Below, piece after piece: positions 25,501-38,717 of a stretch of 64,000 nucleotides of DNA (position 1 is its first letter; each line of letters starts with the position of its first letter). The DNA lies in the NCBI GenBank assembly GCA_013239625.1, contig MU053487.1, positions 763,058-827,057 of the forward strand. Direction: 5' to 3'. Position numbers and translations under genes: made by a program. Under the pieces are notes generated by a model. That model was not told the DNA's origin, searched no databases, and worked only from the letters and a program-made list of their open reading frames with translations. The DNA is from Lama guanicoe. Its lineage: Eukaryota.

Positions 25501-27469
25501 CACACTGAGTACACTTCCATGGAGGGATCAGGCACAAGTACCATCCCCTGACATGCGAGGGATGGGCTGTGACTGGTAATGAAACCAGGCAGCCCGAGCG
25601 TTCCCAATTTAGGTACCCGTGTTAAGGTGCCTTCTAAGCCTGGATCCCGAGATACTATTTGAAATTCTCTCTGTGTCTGAGACTGGAGGGTGGGGTGTAA
25701 GGGGAGTAGAGGTTGAGGAATTAAATACTTTGGGGGCACCTAATGACAGGGAGATTTGAAACTAATAATCAAACATAAATATTACGCAGAATGCATTGTT
25801 TCTCACTCTGAAAAATATGTAAACCAGTAGGTCTCTTGCCTGTTCTTTAAGAGAAAGATGACAAAAGCATGTTCCATGCTTCTCACTCTTCAGGGGCTGG
25901 TCCTCAAGCCACACCTGGCTTGGCATAGGTGTGGGAAACCTGAAGATCTCCTGTGCTACTCTGGTGGCGAGTTCAACACTTGTCACTCAGTTGGCTTTTC
26001 CCTCTCACCTCCAATTCTTGGGGCCTCACCACATCAGGGTTACTTTACCACTCTACCCTCGTGGGTTTTGAGTCCACTGTACTGCCTTCCTCACCTGCAG
26101 GGCAGTAACCTGAAGTAGAACTTTGCATGGAGCCATTTCCCATGTCACGTGAAGATTATCTGCTGTGTAATTAAAAAGTTTAGCAACACTGACATTTCTG
26201 TGTTTGTGCTAGAATTATCTCAATATTACCAGGGACTGAAGAATGCTGCCACCTGCTAGGAACATACGCTTACGTTTGAGCAAAGGTTAATGAGTCTATT
26301 CAGAAAACTGATCCAGGTGTGGGCTTGAGAGCAACATGGTACGTTCTAAGATCACAGAGCTATGTGTTCTGAGAACTCGGTCAGTTTTGGGTAAGACAGT
26401 TTGAAAATTCCTTTCAGGGAGGGGGTGGGGTAGAATAGTGGTTTGATTGATTATTTCATTCTTAAATGCAAGACGTGTTTTCCTCTGGCTTGACTAGATG
26501 CTCTACCTTGCAGGTTTGTGTACAGGTATTAATTCTGTGTCAGACTAGTGGTACATTTGTAGGGGCACAAATGTCCCTTTATCTTAATCTCTGTATCTTT
26601 GTGTGGCTCAGTGCTGTGCACAAAGGTGGCAGCCACTGTGGCAGTAAATGCACCCTGACTTAGTGTTGTACTTACTGAATATAAACATAGGTTGATAAGT
26701 TTGATACCATTTAATTGCATTCACCCTGCATACCAATTCTCCATTCTCTGAAGGTCTTATTTAGTTAAATATGACAGCCAAGCTTTTGAGAACCTTCTAA
26801 ATCCCTGAGCCTTTGGGAAAATGATATTTTCAGATAACCTATTTGTTGAGCTATTTTTTTCTTGGATTTACAAAGGGCAATAATAGCACACACTGAAAAT
26901 TGCTCTCTGGACAAACAAGACATCCCTCTCAAATCAGGATGGTGGCTTGACCTGAAGGAGCCTTTTCACCTCCCAGAAAAGCAGAGCAGTGAAACTTGTC
27001 TCCTACTCAACTTGCCTTACTTTAAGAAAGGACTTGTTAGTTTAAAAATAGCCATCTTTTATTCCCTGCCTGTCAGGCTCTCTCTGTCTTCTCTCGAAAG
27101 CCACGTTTACTGATGTTCTTTGATTGACACCCTCCTCAGTACTAAAAGGGAACAGAGAATGGGAGAATATTTCATTTTATTGACAGGTGCTGAGACCTTG
27201 TCAGGGACAATTGCTTAGCAACCTCTATGTGCCACTCTGGGGAAAGGGGGAAGAAAAGGGCAGAATTACATATAAATGAGAGGAAAGCATATGTGACAAA
27301 GGCCAACTATCATAAAACACTGAGTATTTTTTTTTTTCCAACAAGGTCTTTAAGTTAGCAATGTAACTTGGGGAATCTGCACAGATTATCTTTTCCTTCT
27401 CTTGGATTGTTGGATTACTGCAGAGTTGAGATCATGCTAGGTTTTTGTAAAATGCACATTGATGTGAGG

Positions 27470-27690
27470 AGGTGAAGGGGGGCTGGGTTCAGAGAAAGAG
27501 ACCTGAGTTCCTATCTCGACTCTCATCCCTGCTCTTTGACTCTGGGTCGGCCACTTGACGTTCCGGAGCCTCATGGATAATATCAGGGAAAACCACCTTT
27601 ACGAAGATCAAATGGGTTTATGTTTAGCTTATACGCATATGGAAGGGTCCTGAAAATTGTCAAGCACTTATAAAATAAGGAGTTCTTATA
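27470..27690 (+). mobile_element. MIR SINE
   Basis: gacctgagttcctatctcgactct..tgactctgggtcggccacttgac..ggagcctca. Confidence 0.7.
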
Positions 27691-28034
27691 ATTGTGCTGT
27701 AGTGGGACAGAGTCTGTGTGTTAATATAATGTGTATGTAAGTTGGACATAAATATAATTCTATTAGTATGGAAAGAACACTGGCTTATGTTTATTTTTTT
27801 TAAAGGGCCTTTGAAAACTTTATACCATCTGGTCCTTATAGTTCTGCGATACAGAATAATTATTATCTCCTTTCATTTTCAATTATTAACCTCATTTATA
27901 GAATTTGCCCACAGCTCCTTTGGGGGCTGGGCCAGGGCTTGATCAAGTCAGCCGCTCTCAAGCCTTATAGCATTTTTCCTTTTCTCAATTTGTATTGCTA
28001 CCTTCAATTACTTTTATAATAAGATTGTGCAAAC

Positions 28035-28440
28035 TAGCTTTTCCCAAATTATCTGTAGTGGATAACCAGTTAAAAAATCCTAATGTGTCACAGGTAGATA
28101 TTTTTGTAAAATACAATAAAAATGACATAGAGTCAAGTTTCCTTGTGTGGACATTGCACCCTGGGTAAGATGATGTATTGGGGGTAGCTGGGTGAAGAGT
28201 ACAGCAGGACTCTATGTACTATTTTTTGTAACTTTTTGTGAGTCAACTTCACAAAAGTTATTAAGAACAAATTGTAAGAAAGTAAAAATGAATACAAAAT
28301 ACAATTCTTAGACTTCAATTATTGGAGTCAACAGACATAACATGACTCTGTCAAATTGCTGTGAAAGTTTCTAAATGCACACTCTTGATTTCAAGGCATA
28401 TTTTGTGGTGGACCAATAACAGGTCCACTGACCACATGAG
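28035..28440. mobile_element. hAT-Charlie-type DNA element interrupted by a plus-strand L1MC-like 3' end (about 28130-28280)
   Basis: cttttcccaaattatctgt start and ccactgaccaca end; insert gggtagctgggtgaagagtacagcaggactctatgtactattttt flanked by aataaaaatga / agtaaaaatga. Confidence 0.55.
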
Positions 28441-29327
28441 TGTGAACATTAATGACAATAAATCCCTCTTCTGTTCAAGTAAGTAGTTCATGAAGGAACT
28501 GTGGCTTCAACTTTCAAGTCCAAGGAAGAAAGTTAGATTGTCCCACCCGTTGTCTGTGTCTAGTTAGCTATGGTGGGGTGGAAGGTAGGATCATGCTGGG
28601 GCCCAATTTAAGAGTGAGCATCAGTTTTCACAGTAGCAAGGATGAAGAGAGAATCTCAGAAAGTGATTATTAAGTGACTTAATATGTGACCATTGCTAGA
28701 GAGGCAAAGACAAGTCCTTGGTGGAAATAACTGTAGATTAATTACTGACCAAAACTACCACTTACTAAAATACTGTGAGGTGGGGAAGATAAACTATGGG
28801 GATTCAGAGAAGAGAAAACGTCTCCTTGGGGAGATTTCAGAAAATTTCTTGGTGTGGGTGGCATCTGGATGCTGAAATAATCCTTGAAATAAGTATGAGG
28901 TCTGACAAGAGATAAAAGGGGACAGTCATTGTTGGGTTTTGAACAGATTGTTATCTTAGGGAAGTCAATCAGAAGTCAATCATTTAGTGGTGGGGAGGAT
29001 GGATTAGAGGTTGGGGGTGTTGAAGCCAAGGTCAGGGAGGCAGCTTCTTAGCTGGTGCCTGGGAAGAAAAACAAATACTTGAAACAGTGGTTGTGAAATG
29101 GGAAGGAAGTGAATGCAAGAGATATTTCATATGGAAAACAGAGCATAGCAACTAATTTAATGTGGGACATTAATAGTAAGAGATACAGGAAGAGAAACAT
29201 GCTTGAGAGGAATGAGTTCAGTTTCAATTATACTGCTTTCAAGGGGCCGATGATGGTTTAGGTGGTGGTTTCCTCAGACAGTCAGAAATATGGGTGTCCA
29301 AAAAATGAGGAGGATGCATTCACTGAC

Positions 29328-29750
29328 TCGGTACTTTGAATGGAGTCCCTTAAAAAGGTACATCCAAGTCCTTTGCAGATGTGACCTTCTTTGGAACCAG
29401 TGTCTTTGAAGGTAGAACTAAGTTGAAGATTCCAGATGAAATCATCCTGGATTTAGAGTAACTATATCCTGATAAGTATCCTTGTAAGAGAAAAGAGAGG
29501 GAGATTGACTCCCAGAGATACACAGAGAAGACAGAGATTGGAGTTATGCTGCCACAGGCCAGGAGACTCTGGGAGCCACCAGACAGTGAGGGAGGCCACA
29601 AAGGACTCATCACTGGAGACCAGGGTGGGAGTGGGGCCCTGCTGACACTGTGATTCATTCAGATTTCTGGCCTTCTAAAGTATGAGAGAGGAAACTTCTG
29701 TTGTTTCAAGCTGCCAGTTTGTGTAATTTGTTATGGCAGCCCTAGGAGGG
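29328..29750 (+). mobile_element. MaLR LTR (MLT1B/C-like)
   Basis: gatgtgaccttctttgga..gatgaaatcatcctggatttag..gagttatgctgccacaggcc..tttgttatggcagccctagga. Confidence 0.85.
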
Positions 29751-29958
29751 CTCATTGTATCATGCTGCTCTTGTGTTGTGAAGCAGAGGGAAGGTGGAAC
29801 TCCTTTATTCACTTTTATTCATGTGTTGTTTCTGGGTATTTTCAAAGGTGGCTTTTCTCTCAAGTCAGCAGAGGTGGAAATGAATTAGTTCAGAAGAAAT
29901 TTAAGACACTGTAACAAGTGTGAAAACAGTTGAATTATAGATGGAACTGATTTAATGA

Positions 29959-30058
29959 TTTCCTTCCTTCCTTCCTCCCTGCCCACCTTCCTTTCTTTCT
30001 CCCTCTCTGTCTCTCTCCCTGTCTTTTTTTCTTCTTTTTCTATAGAATCTTTCTTCCT
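29959..30058. repeat. CT-rich simple repeat
   Basis: (ttcc)n, (tttc)n and (tc)n runs. Confidence 0.8.
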
Positions 30059-30569
30059 TGGAAGATTTCCTGCCATAAAAAGAAAACAAAATTAATCAGC
30101 TTAGAATTCATTTTTTTCATTTCTAACTTCCAACCAGAACTTATCACCTTAGAATAACCAGTGCTACCGCATTCAGAAATAACCAAAGTCCTGAACACAG
30201 TTAGCCAGTCCAGTCTTAGTCTGATTAAAGATGTGATTATTTTAATCTTGGACTTTTTGAACTATTGAAAAATAACTTGCAGACCCCTCTAATGTCATTG
30301 TTACTGTCAACATTTGGTAAGATGTTACTGCCTGGAGAGCAGGGGCTCTGTTGAGCCCACAGTCCATCACAGGTTATGGCTCAGAGTAGGTTTCCATGTA
30401 TGTTTGTTGACCTAAACTGTTGACTGAATGGTTGGATTTACTGGCCTAATACTGCATAGTTCTTAAAGTGAATTTTCCTCATGAGATTGGAAGCATTTGA
30501 ATGTCTCCTCAGGCATTCATTAACTTGGGAAACCACCATGTGTTTTCATATCAATAAGAGAGCCCTCCA

Positions 30570-31670
30570 TGGCAAGTATTGAAGAATACAAGTCATTCCG
30601 GTTTCCATAAAAGAAATGTATTGACTTGTGGAATAGAAATTTCAGAAGTTCTGACTTCAGGTAAGAATTGATCAAGCAGCTCAATGTGCCAAGGAGAAAC
30701 TAGTTTCTTTTTGTTTTCATTATCCAGTCCATGGTGTCATCTTTATCCTAAAGTGGGATCCCTTTTCGGCTCTAGGAAGGTAGACAATATGAAAGACAAC
30801 TACTTGCTTATTTGTTAATATCCCTGGGAAAGAATATCTCTACCTAGGCTGTCAAACAACAATGCTGAACATTCCTCTGAAGGGATCAGTTAGGTCACAG
30901 ATATATCTTTGAACCAATCTCTGTTGCCCTGAGTTATAATTACAAGAAGTTATAACTACAAGAAAGACCTCATAGCCAGTTTAATGGTCTCTTGGCCTGG
31001 CTCCTAAGGATAGGGTAACTGACTTGGTAAGTCCTAAGTTTGGCATTCCTAAGTTCAGGGAATCATTAGACCAGTTTTGTTAGCCTGGGAAGGCTTAGAA
31101 TAATAAATAGAACTATATTTGTGCTTAAGTATATTGCTCTGGGCTGTACCCTTTAGGTATATTGTATATTATATAATCTTAAAAGTGTAACTGACCCAAA
31201 TGGGGGCGGGGTACCACAATTTACTCAGACTACCTAAGCTGCAGGGAATCCCAGCCTTATTTATGGAGTGGGGTTGAGTATCTAGAAGTCTGATGTGACC
31301 TTGCTCTCTAAAATTTTATCATTTGGAATTGTGGATCTATTGTTTAGGATTTTATAATTCCTTTGGAGAATATTGTTGACCTCTCTGCTGTATATATGTA
31401 TTTTTACCACCCTGACTTCCTTTTGAATCCTTTGATGAGTAAACCTTATTTGATTTCCTTAAGACAAGGTCGATGTTTGTCCTTACTCAGTGGATCTGAG
31501 TCTACTCTTGACGTTTTAATTTCCATGGTTACCCAGATCTAACTGTCTTAGGCTGGTCCTGAACCACTCAGGAAGCTGCGGCTGGGGTTAGCCCCACCTA
31601 AACCACGTAGCATCCTACAGTGGACCAGGGCTAGAACTGATGCTGGGAGAGGCTATCACAATATCTACTC
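30570..31670 (-). mobile_element. Old MaLR LTR (MLT1J/K-like) split by an insertion at about 30922-31544
   Basis: gacttcaggtaagaattgatcaagcagctcaatg..ttaggtcac..tgaaccaatc on the left; ggggttagccccacctaaaccac..gatgctgggagagg on the right. Confidence 0.6.
30922..31544 (+). mobile_element. Probable ERV solo LTR nested in the MaLR
   Basis: About 620-bp insert between two MaLR halves; tgtt start; tatatat (31391) followed by agtaaa (31438-31443) in LTR-like order. Confidence 0.45.
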
Positions 31671-34017
31671 CTTTTCCTTGTCCAACTTATAATGGATATT
31701 TCACTTGCTGTCACAGGGACCATTAATGTCTTCCTTTTGTGAAGGAGAAGACTGTGAGATACCACTCTTTTAATTTAAATTATTTATCGGTCAAATATAA
31801 TTTGTTTATATAAAGAATATTTGGAGATGCAAGACATGTTATAGGAGCCAGTGTTCCATAGGAAGATGGTTTGGATTTGTGCTTCCTGGAGACTCAGGAC
31901 TTCCCCGAGATGTCTCATAGCTGAGATAGACAAGGAGGGGTGAAGCTTTGGAGTCCAACCCTGCTTAAGTCACGATGCTGCTTTCTTAGATGTCTTTTGC
32001 ATATTATAGTGATATGTGTGGGATTCCATTTAAGATCTGTGGTGCTGTTCACAATTAGGTTGAAAACCACTATTTCATCCTGACTCTGAGACCAGGAAAA
32101 AAAATTCCTCCCTTTCTCTGTTCCTCAGTTTCCTTTACTTGTAAAATAAAGGTGCTGTGTGAGAAGTTCGTCTACAGTCTGTGATTTTGTGACTTTTGCC
32201 TTTGGCCAAGTGGCATAAAAACTGATTAAATTACTACCTTCAAAGTTATTAATTCGGCATAGCTCCCTCATCTTAGTGAGTTTTCAGCTGGCTAATGCCA
32301 CATGACAGTCATAAAATGCCAGTGTTGCTGGTGTGGGATGGAGTTAACAGTATGAGATTTGCTAAGTGTTTCTGTGTGATCAGTGTGAAAGCAATCATAT
32401 CTCCAGAGTGAGAAAGGTCAGTGCCCTGTCGCTTCCAAGCCTTGCTGCACTACGGGGACGTGAAGGGGACTGCCACCTGCTGCACACAAATCAGGCTAAA
32501 AAATGAATACCCTCTGCAGTTGCAGCCTGATAGCTCCGAATGTCAAATGATATTACTTTGGGAGCCTGTTAAGCCCCCTTCTCAGAGCACAGCAGTGTCT
32601 AAATCCCCTCATCTCATTTGATTAATCTGAGAGACTCTAGAATATGTTATTAGGCACCGAAAACACAACTGCAGTGTGATAGTCTGTAGTATTACTGAGC
32701 ATGGAAATTCTTTCAAGTCCTGATGATTTTTCCTGGTTCTGGGTTGCTTGAAAGTGGGGGGTGGGAACCTCATCGATCTTAGTGAGATAGTGTCCTGTGT
32801 GAAATAATGTTGATGAATATATATGTAAACTAAAAGAAAAAGGATTATAGAGTGAATCACAATCCTCACAGGATCAGGACTCTTCTGTCCCAAAGAGGGG
32901 ACTCTTTCTTTCTGTCTCACTATCCACACTTTAAGTCCTGGAACAGACACCTGGACTTGGCCAGAAAGAGACAAGAATATTAATAGTGGTGATTTCTAGT
33001 TGGTGAGACTACAAATGATTTTTTTAATGTTTTTGTATCTTATATATTTTTATCATGGGCACATATTATAGCAAGAAAATTTATTTGAAATAGTGTGTTA
33101 GTTCAAAATACATTTTCCTTTGTTCATTGTAAAGTAATTCTCTTCCCCTGAAAGGCCCCAGAAAGCTGTCGCTTTTCCCCATCCCGCTGAAATGGAGGAA
33201 GGTACCTGAAATGCTGTGTGAAGCAGATGAACCGAGCCCCACCTGGGAAGCATCCCTCTTCTCCTTTTCAAGACCTGGAGCCACTGTGGCCTGACAAGAG
33301 GGAAAAAATGTGATAATAAAGACGATGAGCCACTCCAGGGCAGGATTTCATTTCCAGCTTAATTAAATCCTAGAAACACACCTGACCTCCAGCTTTGAAG
33401 AGCTGCCACAAAAGCCAGGTGCCCTCAACAGCTTGGGATCGCCCCGCAGTGACTGTGGGAAGGCAGCCTGAAAGGAAAGGGCAGAGGGAGGCAGGAGCCA
33501 TCGGAGATGAAACAGTGGAGTCAGGAAGCAATATTTCACAGAAAGCTGTTTTATCCCGTGGGCGATCTCTTTGCCCTTCTGCTTAAAAGGTGAACAGCCA
33601 CGCTAACCTACAAATGTCCTGAATTGAAACTCTTCCAATGACAGTGCTGTCTCTGCCACCTGGCCCCCTCACCAGGTCCTCAGCCAGCTCCCTGCCCCCA
33701 ACCATTGTGGTAAATTGGGTACAAAATGCACTTGGTTGGCTCAAGTCTTCAGTACCAATGGGCTGACTGGCTCCTGCTATTATAAACATGTGGATGCTTG
33801 TGGTCCTTCAGATACTGCTGCCCGAGGTCTCTTTGTTCAGTATCCCAGAGGCCAGACATTCTCTTAAGATGTAAATAAAAAGGAAAAAAATTACCATGAT
33901 TAATTGAACCCAGGAATTGTACAAGAAACTTGAATTCCGTCATTTCATCTAGTTTTCAGGACTACTTGTGATGCATTCTTGGAGTTTTAGAGGTGAGGAA
34001 ATAGGGCTCTGAAAGAA

Positions 34018-34435
34018 TAGGTGATTTTCTCTGGGAAGCAGAGCCTGAGACAGCAATTTGGGTGCCTGGGTTTTGTGAAGGGGGTGCTATTAGGAGAAAC
34101 CTGGAGGGGCACAGGAGAGGAGAGGGAAAGGGTGAGCAAGGATGAGGTCTCAGGAAGCTCAACTTTGGCCTGACTCACAGGGAGCCCTGGAACGGAAACT
34201 TCACCCTGGAATAGTCCCCACCTTGAGGCTGGGAGGCTGACTGCACCCCATCAGTCATTGCTGTGGGCTGTCCTAGGTGGGTAAGGATACGATTCCTCAG
34301 GTCAGGAGGCTCTCATCAGCTGAGCAATTCTCTGAAGGGAGGGGCCCGTTGGAGCTCATGACAGTCAATACAGTGTCTGGGGGATAGTACCAGCCTGTAA
34401 AGGGGCTCTGGCAGGGCACCACCAGCACCCACTAA
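34018..34435 (-). mobile_element. ERVL LTR (LTR16-like)
   Basis: ctgggaagcagagcctgagac..gcctgactcacagggagccctgga..cagtcattgctgtgggctg..gggcaccaccagcacccacta. Confidence 0.75.
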
Positions 34436-35059
34436 TCCATTACTAATCCACACGGCTTCCCTTTAGAACCTAAAGATGACTCTGGGGGTTGGGGTGACCC
34501 AGGTGGGTGGCTTTCATTCTTGTAGAATTGTGAAGCTTGTCGCAGATGTGCAGAAAGCATGCAAAGCATAGGAGGTACTTAATAACCACTGAGAAGAGGA
34601 AGAGTCCCTTGACCCCAAGTTGTGAATACTTCCTTCTCTCCTTTGATATTTGAACATTTTGTACCTTCTTGAGAGCTGCCATTACATCCAGAAAGTGAGA
34701 ACATATCTATCTCTTTGCCTCAAGTGCAAGCTTCTCAAGGGAGGAAGTCTTGCTGTATTTCTTGTGTAACACACCTGCCTGTCCATATGCCTTAGGCTAC
34801 TAATCAACGGTTGAATTGAATGCGCCTTGAATGGGGTAGGGGGCTCCCTGGTGTTATTTCAGCCGATCAACCACTCAGCATTAATTCATTGTCTAGTAGT
34901 TGTGAATAGCTCAAAGGGCATTGTGTTGGTGGCCGCCTGTTTTACTTCCTACCTATCTGTCCGAGCGTCTCAGAGTCCATGAAACAGCAACAGGAGGGTG
35001 AACTGAGGTAATTCTAGTTTCTGGACAAGGAAGAAAGGCAATTACAGAGGGGGTCACAT

Positions 35060-35215
35060 AGGAGAAAGAGTGGGTCTCTTAGAATCAGGAGACTTAGAAC
35101 ACCACTTGTTAGTTGGTTTTTGCATCTGTAAAATGGTACAGAGATGCTGCTGCTTTCAACTTACAGGGCTGTTGTGGAGGATCCAAAGGAGACAATACAG
35201 GTGAAGTCCACAGAC
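35060..35215 (+). mobile_element. MIR SINE
   Basis: catctgtaaaatgg..acttacagggctgttgtggaggatccaaaggagac. Confidence 0.75.
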
Positions 35216-36584
35216 TGCGCAGAGAAAATTCATACACATATAAGGACCAATGATGGTTCAAAGGCAAGGACGACAGGCCAGATGGCTTGGAATCTGTCTC
35301 TGAAGTTCAGGTGGCATATTCTACCTCTACCTCCTACGTGCTTAGAATTCACTGCCTTAGGGAAACAAAAGAGGAAAAGGAAAATCAGCATTCTCTCTTC
35401 ACCTCCTGACTCTAGGTAACTGTATATGCTATTATTAGCACCTCAGCTTAACACCTCCAATCTCTAAAAGTTTCCCATTTAATTTTACAAGGACATATAT
35501 ACTTTACAATGCCTGACACCTGCTCAAGCAAGCAAATAATTGTTTTGACACTGTGACAGTTATAGAGAGTGTATTTTAAAAATTTCTGAAATCTGCCAAT
35601 GGGGTAATTAGAATCTAATTCTCATTTGCCAGGGCAATGAGCTCTCTAGGCAAATGACTCCCGGTAGGCTTGCCAGCCACTTTTTCCTGGTCCTTACTGG
35701 CTGATAGAGATTTCGTTCCATATAATTGTTCTATTCCTCACTGATGACTGATTTTTGACCTTTAATGATAATACCAATTACGTATTGAGTGCTTCACTTC
35801 TTGGTTTCTTTGGGTGGACAGTTTACTACAGTTCTCATTGCTTGAAAAATAGCTTTAATTTAATTTGATTTAATGTAATCATCAGGCTATTCAGGACTTC
35901 ACTTTCCTTGTGGAGTAACCCCATAGCTGGCCCAAAGCAAATGGGCATGGGGAAAAAGAGAACTAGCACTGTTGTTCTGGGCAAAGGCAGACATAGAAGC
36001 AGGCATGGCCTGAGAAATAGAGTCCAAGGATAGCAGGTAAAGAGAAAATATGGACATGAAGTAAAGACTAGTGAGAACTGGCCAAAAGCAGTGTTTTATG
36101 TTTTAGCATCAGATTGAGGAAGGATCCTGGAGATGCTGGGGATAGGGAAGGTGGGGTTTCTTTCCTGGACCACTGGGGATACACTGCTGGACCATGGACT
36201 TGGGAGCTGTGAGGATGCTGAGCCAGGCCAGGCAGCCTTCTGGAATCCTAGCTTTGGTTTGGGACCCCAAAGAGCGTCTATTTCATTTTCTTCCACAAAG
36301 GAGATGTGGAGACTGAGACTCAGATTAGTGCAGTGACTTGTCCTAGGTCACATAGCTTAAAGATGTTCAGTTCAGGCAAAATTTACTCTGCTGGGCTCTC
36401 CAGGTGACATAGAAGAATGTTCAGGTATTTCTAACTAGTTGCCAAAGGTTTTTTTTCCCCCTACAATCCTACTCTGACTTGTGACTGGGTGAGTAATGAA
36501 AATATCTTTCAGATCTATCGTGTCTTTTCCAAGGGGTGTGTCTTGAATCTTTTCTATCCAAATGCGCCAAATTGATCACTGACT

Positions 36585-36665
36585 CACAGAAGGTTGGACC
36601 TTAGATTTGTCCATTTTACAGATGAGGAAACTGAAATCTCAAGAGGTAAAGTAGCCTGCTTATGG
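36585..36665 (-). mobile_element. MIR core fragment
   Basis: ccattttacagatgaggaaactga. Confidence 0.75.
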
Positions 36666-38221
36666 TCCTATGGCCAGTAGCTGGCCCAGTGCAGTCATGA
36701 AGTATAAATTGGCCCATGCTGGTAGGATTATGCTGGGCATTGTAGGTACACAGAGGAAGCCAATCAAAGCACACAAGCCAGGTAGGGAGATTAAGATTTT
36801 GCTAGCTACTCCTCTCCTATCAGGCATAAGCCAGTGTCCAGGGAAGGGGGTGATGGAGGACTGACTTACCTTATTTCTAAGTCCTGGGGTTCTGCTGTGG
36901 AAGAGGTAGACATAAAGGGGAAACTGTGTCCTGAAGGTGAAGTAAACATTAGAGTTAGGGAAGACAGTCATAAATAGGGGCTGATTGAGAGGGCAGAGGG
37001 AGAGCAGTAGCCAGGTGAAATGTTTATGAGCCGGGAAAGTTGACATTCAAACAGTGAAGAAGGGAAGACAGTGAAAGTCACCTGTTCCTTATCTCATTCC
37101 TACTTTCCTTTGATTCATTTCCCACAGATAAGCTCTTTCTGCTTTTGATTTTTCCAGTAGTTACCTCCAAAATTCTCAATCGTATGGGAAACCTTTATTT
37201 CTCCAGTTATTAATTTTAAACATTAGCTGTAGACTCTCTGTTATGCATTATAAAAAAGAACTATTTTATTTCTCCCACCTTCTCTCTTCTCATCCTGCAT
37301 TTGAGTTTTTGGTTTGGGTTCTTCTTTTGGTACAGTAATAATTTTTAAAAGTATACTTCAGGTGCTTCATAGTGATCCATCAAATTTAGACAAATTTGAC
37401 TCACTGCACGGAGAGAGCTAAGATGAAATCAGGAGCCCTGAACTTCCATCCACTTTTCCTCCTTCCGATTCCCGTGATCTTCCAACTACACCATTAAACA
37501 TTGTCAAGGTTTATTACTATTTTTCATTCTGTTTTATAAACGTGCTTAAGCCTTCTCTGCTTTGTCTGTATCTTGAATGGAAAAATCGAGCACCAGTATG
37601 GGTCATTAGCTGTATTATGGTTACATATTATTCACTCCAAATCAAGTAGAATGGCCCTTCTGAGAGTAGGAAATGACACAAATCATGTGTAGATGAAGGC
37701 CATCGCCTTTTCAAAATAAGTTTTCAAGACATTAAAATATGAACTTTATTTTAGCCTCTCAAAATCATGACATTTTAATTTGCTTCACATTTGTAGTATT
37801 TTAAAATACAGATTTTTGTCTTGTCTAAAGTTCCTGATTTTCTTACTGGAAAGAAACATGATTTCTTTACTATTTAACAAAGATTTTCCTGCTTTGTCAC
37901 ATTACCTGTCAAATGAGAATCTACCATTTTATGAAAATTTTTATACTGGAACTCTAACTTTATGTTTTATTTGGGACTTTTTATTTTTCACAGCCTGTTA
38001 CACAGTTCTGTTGTTGGCTTTAGTTTGTTTTCTTGGATTAAAAAAATTTTTTTTGTCTCCTCAAGTGCATCTTCAAGTAATTTTTTTCCCCCAGAAAGGA
38101 TACATAAGGGTACATATGAGTCTTCATACTCTAATGTTTAGCCTTCACATTTGAGTGACAGTTTGGATGGGTGTAAATTTATATATTCAAGTTTATTTTC
38201 CAGGAGAGCTTTTAAGCCATT

Positions 38222-38470
38222 TGTTGTGGGTCAGGTTCTCCAGAAGCAGAGATGGAGTTTGGAGAGCAAGATGTTCATTAAGAATCAACCCCTCTGAGGG
38301 TGGGGTTGAGCTGATGAGAAGTGACATGGAGATGTAGGCCTGACCAGCCTCAGCAACATGGCTGGTGCTCTGGACCGAGTGTGACCCATGGATGTCCTAC
38401 ATCAGACTGGAATGCTGGGCTTTTACACCCCCTCTCTTGGCCACCAGATACAGGCTGTCCTAAGGAGGGC
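38222..38470 (-). mobile_element. ERVL LTR fragment (LTR16-like)
   Basis: tgttgtgggtcaggttctccagaagcagagatggagtttgg. Confidence 0.65.
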
Positions 38471-38479
38471 ATAAGCTTA

Positions 38480-38717
38480 TAGAACTAGTATCATTATAAA
38501 CAATGAGGAGATACCAGGGGCACATGCACACACAGTGAAAAGTCCATGGGAAGACACAGTGAGAAGGTGGCTGCTTGCAAATCAAAGAGAGAGGCCTCCT
38601 GAGGTACCAAACCTGCCTCTACCTTGATCTTGGGTTTCCAGCCTCCAGAACTATGAGGGAATAAATTTGTCACCCAGTCTGCAGTACTTTGTCATGGCAG
38701 CCCTAGCAGACTAGTAT
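38480..38717 (+). mobile_element. MaLR LTR 3' part (MLT1A/B-like)
   Basis: gaagacacagtgagaaggtggc..accttgatcttgggtttccagcctccagaactatgag..ggcagccctagcagacta. Confidence 0.85.
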
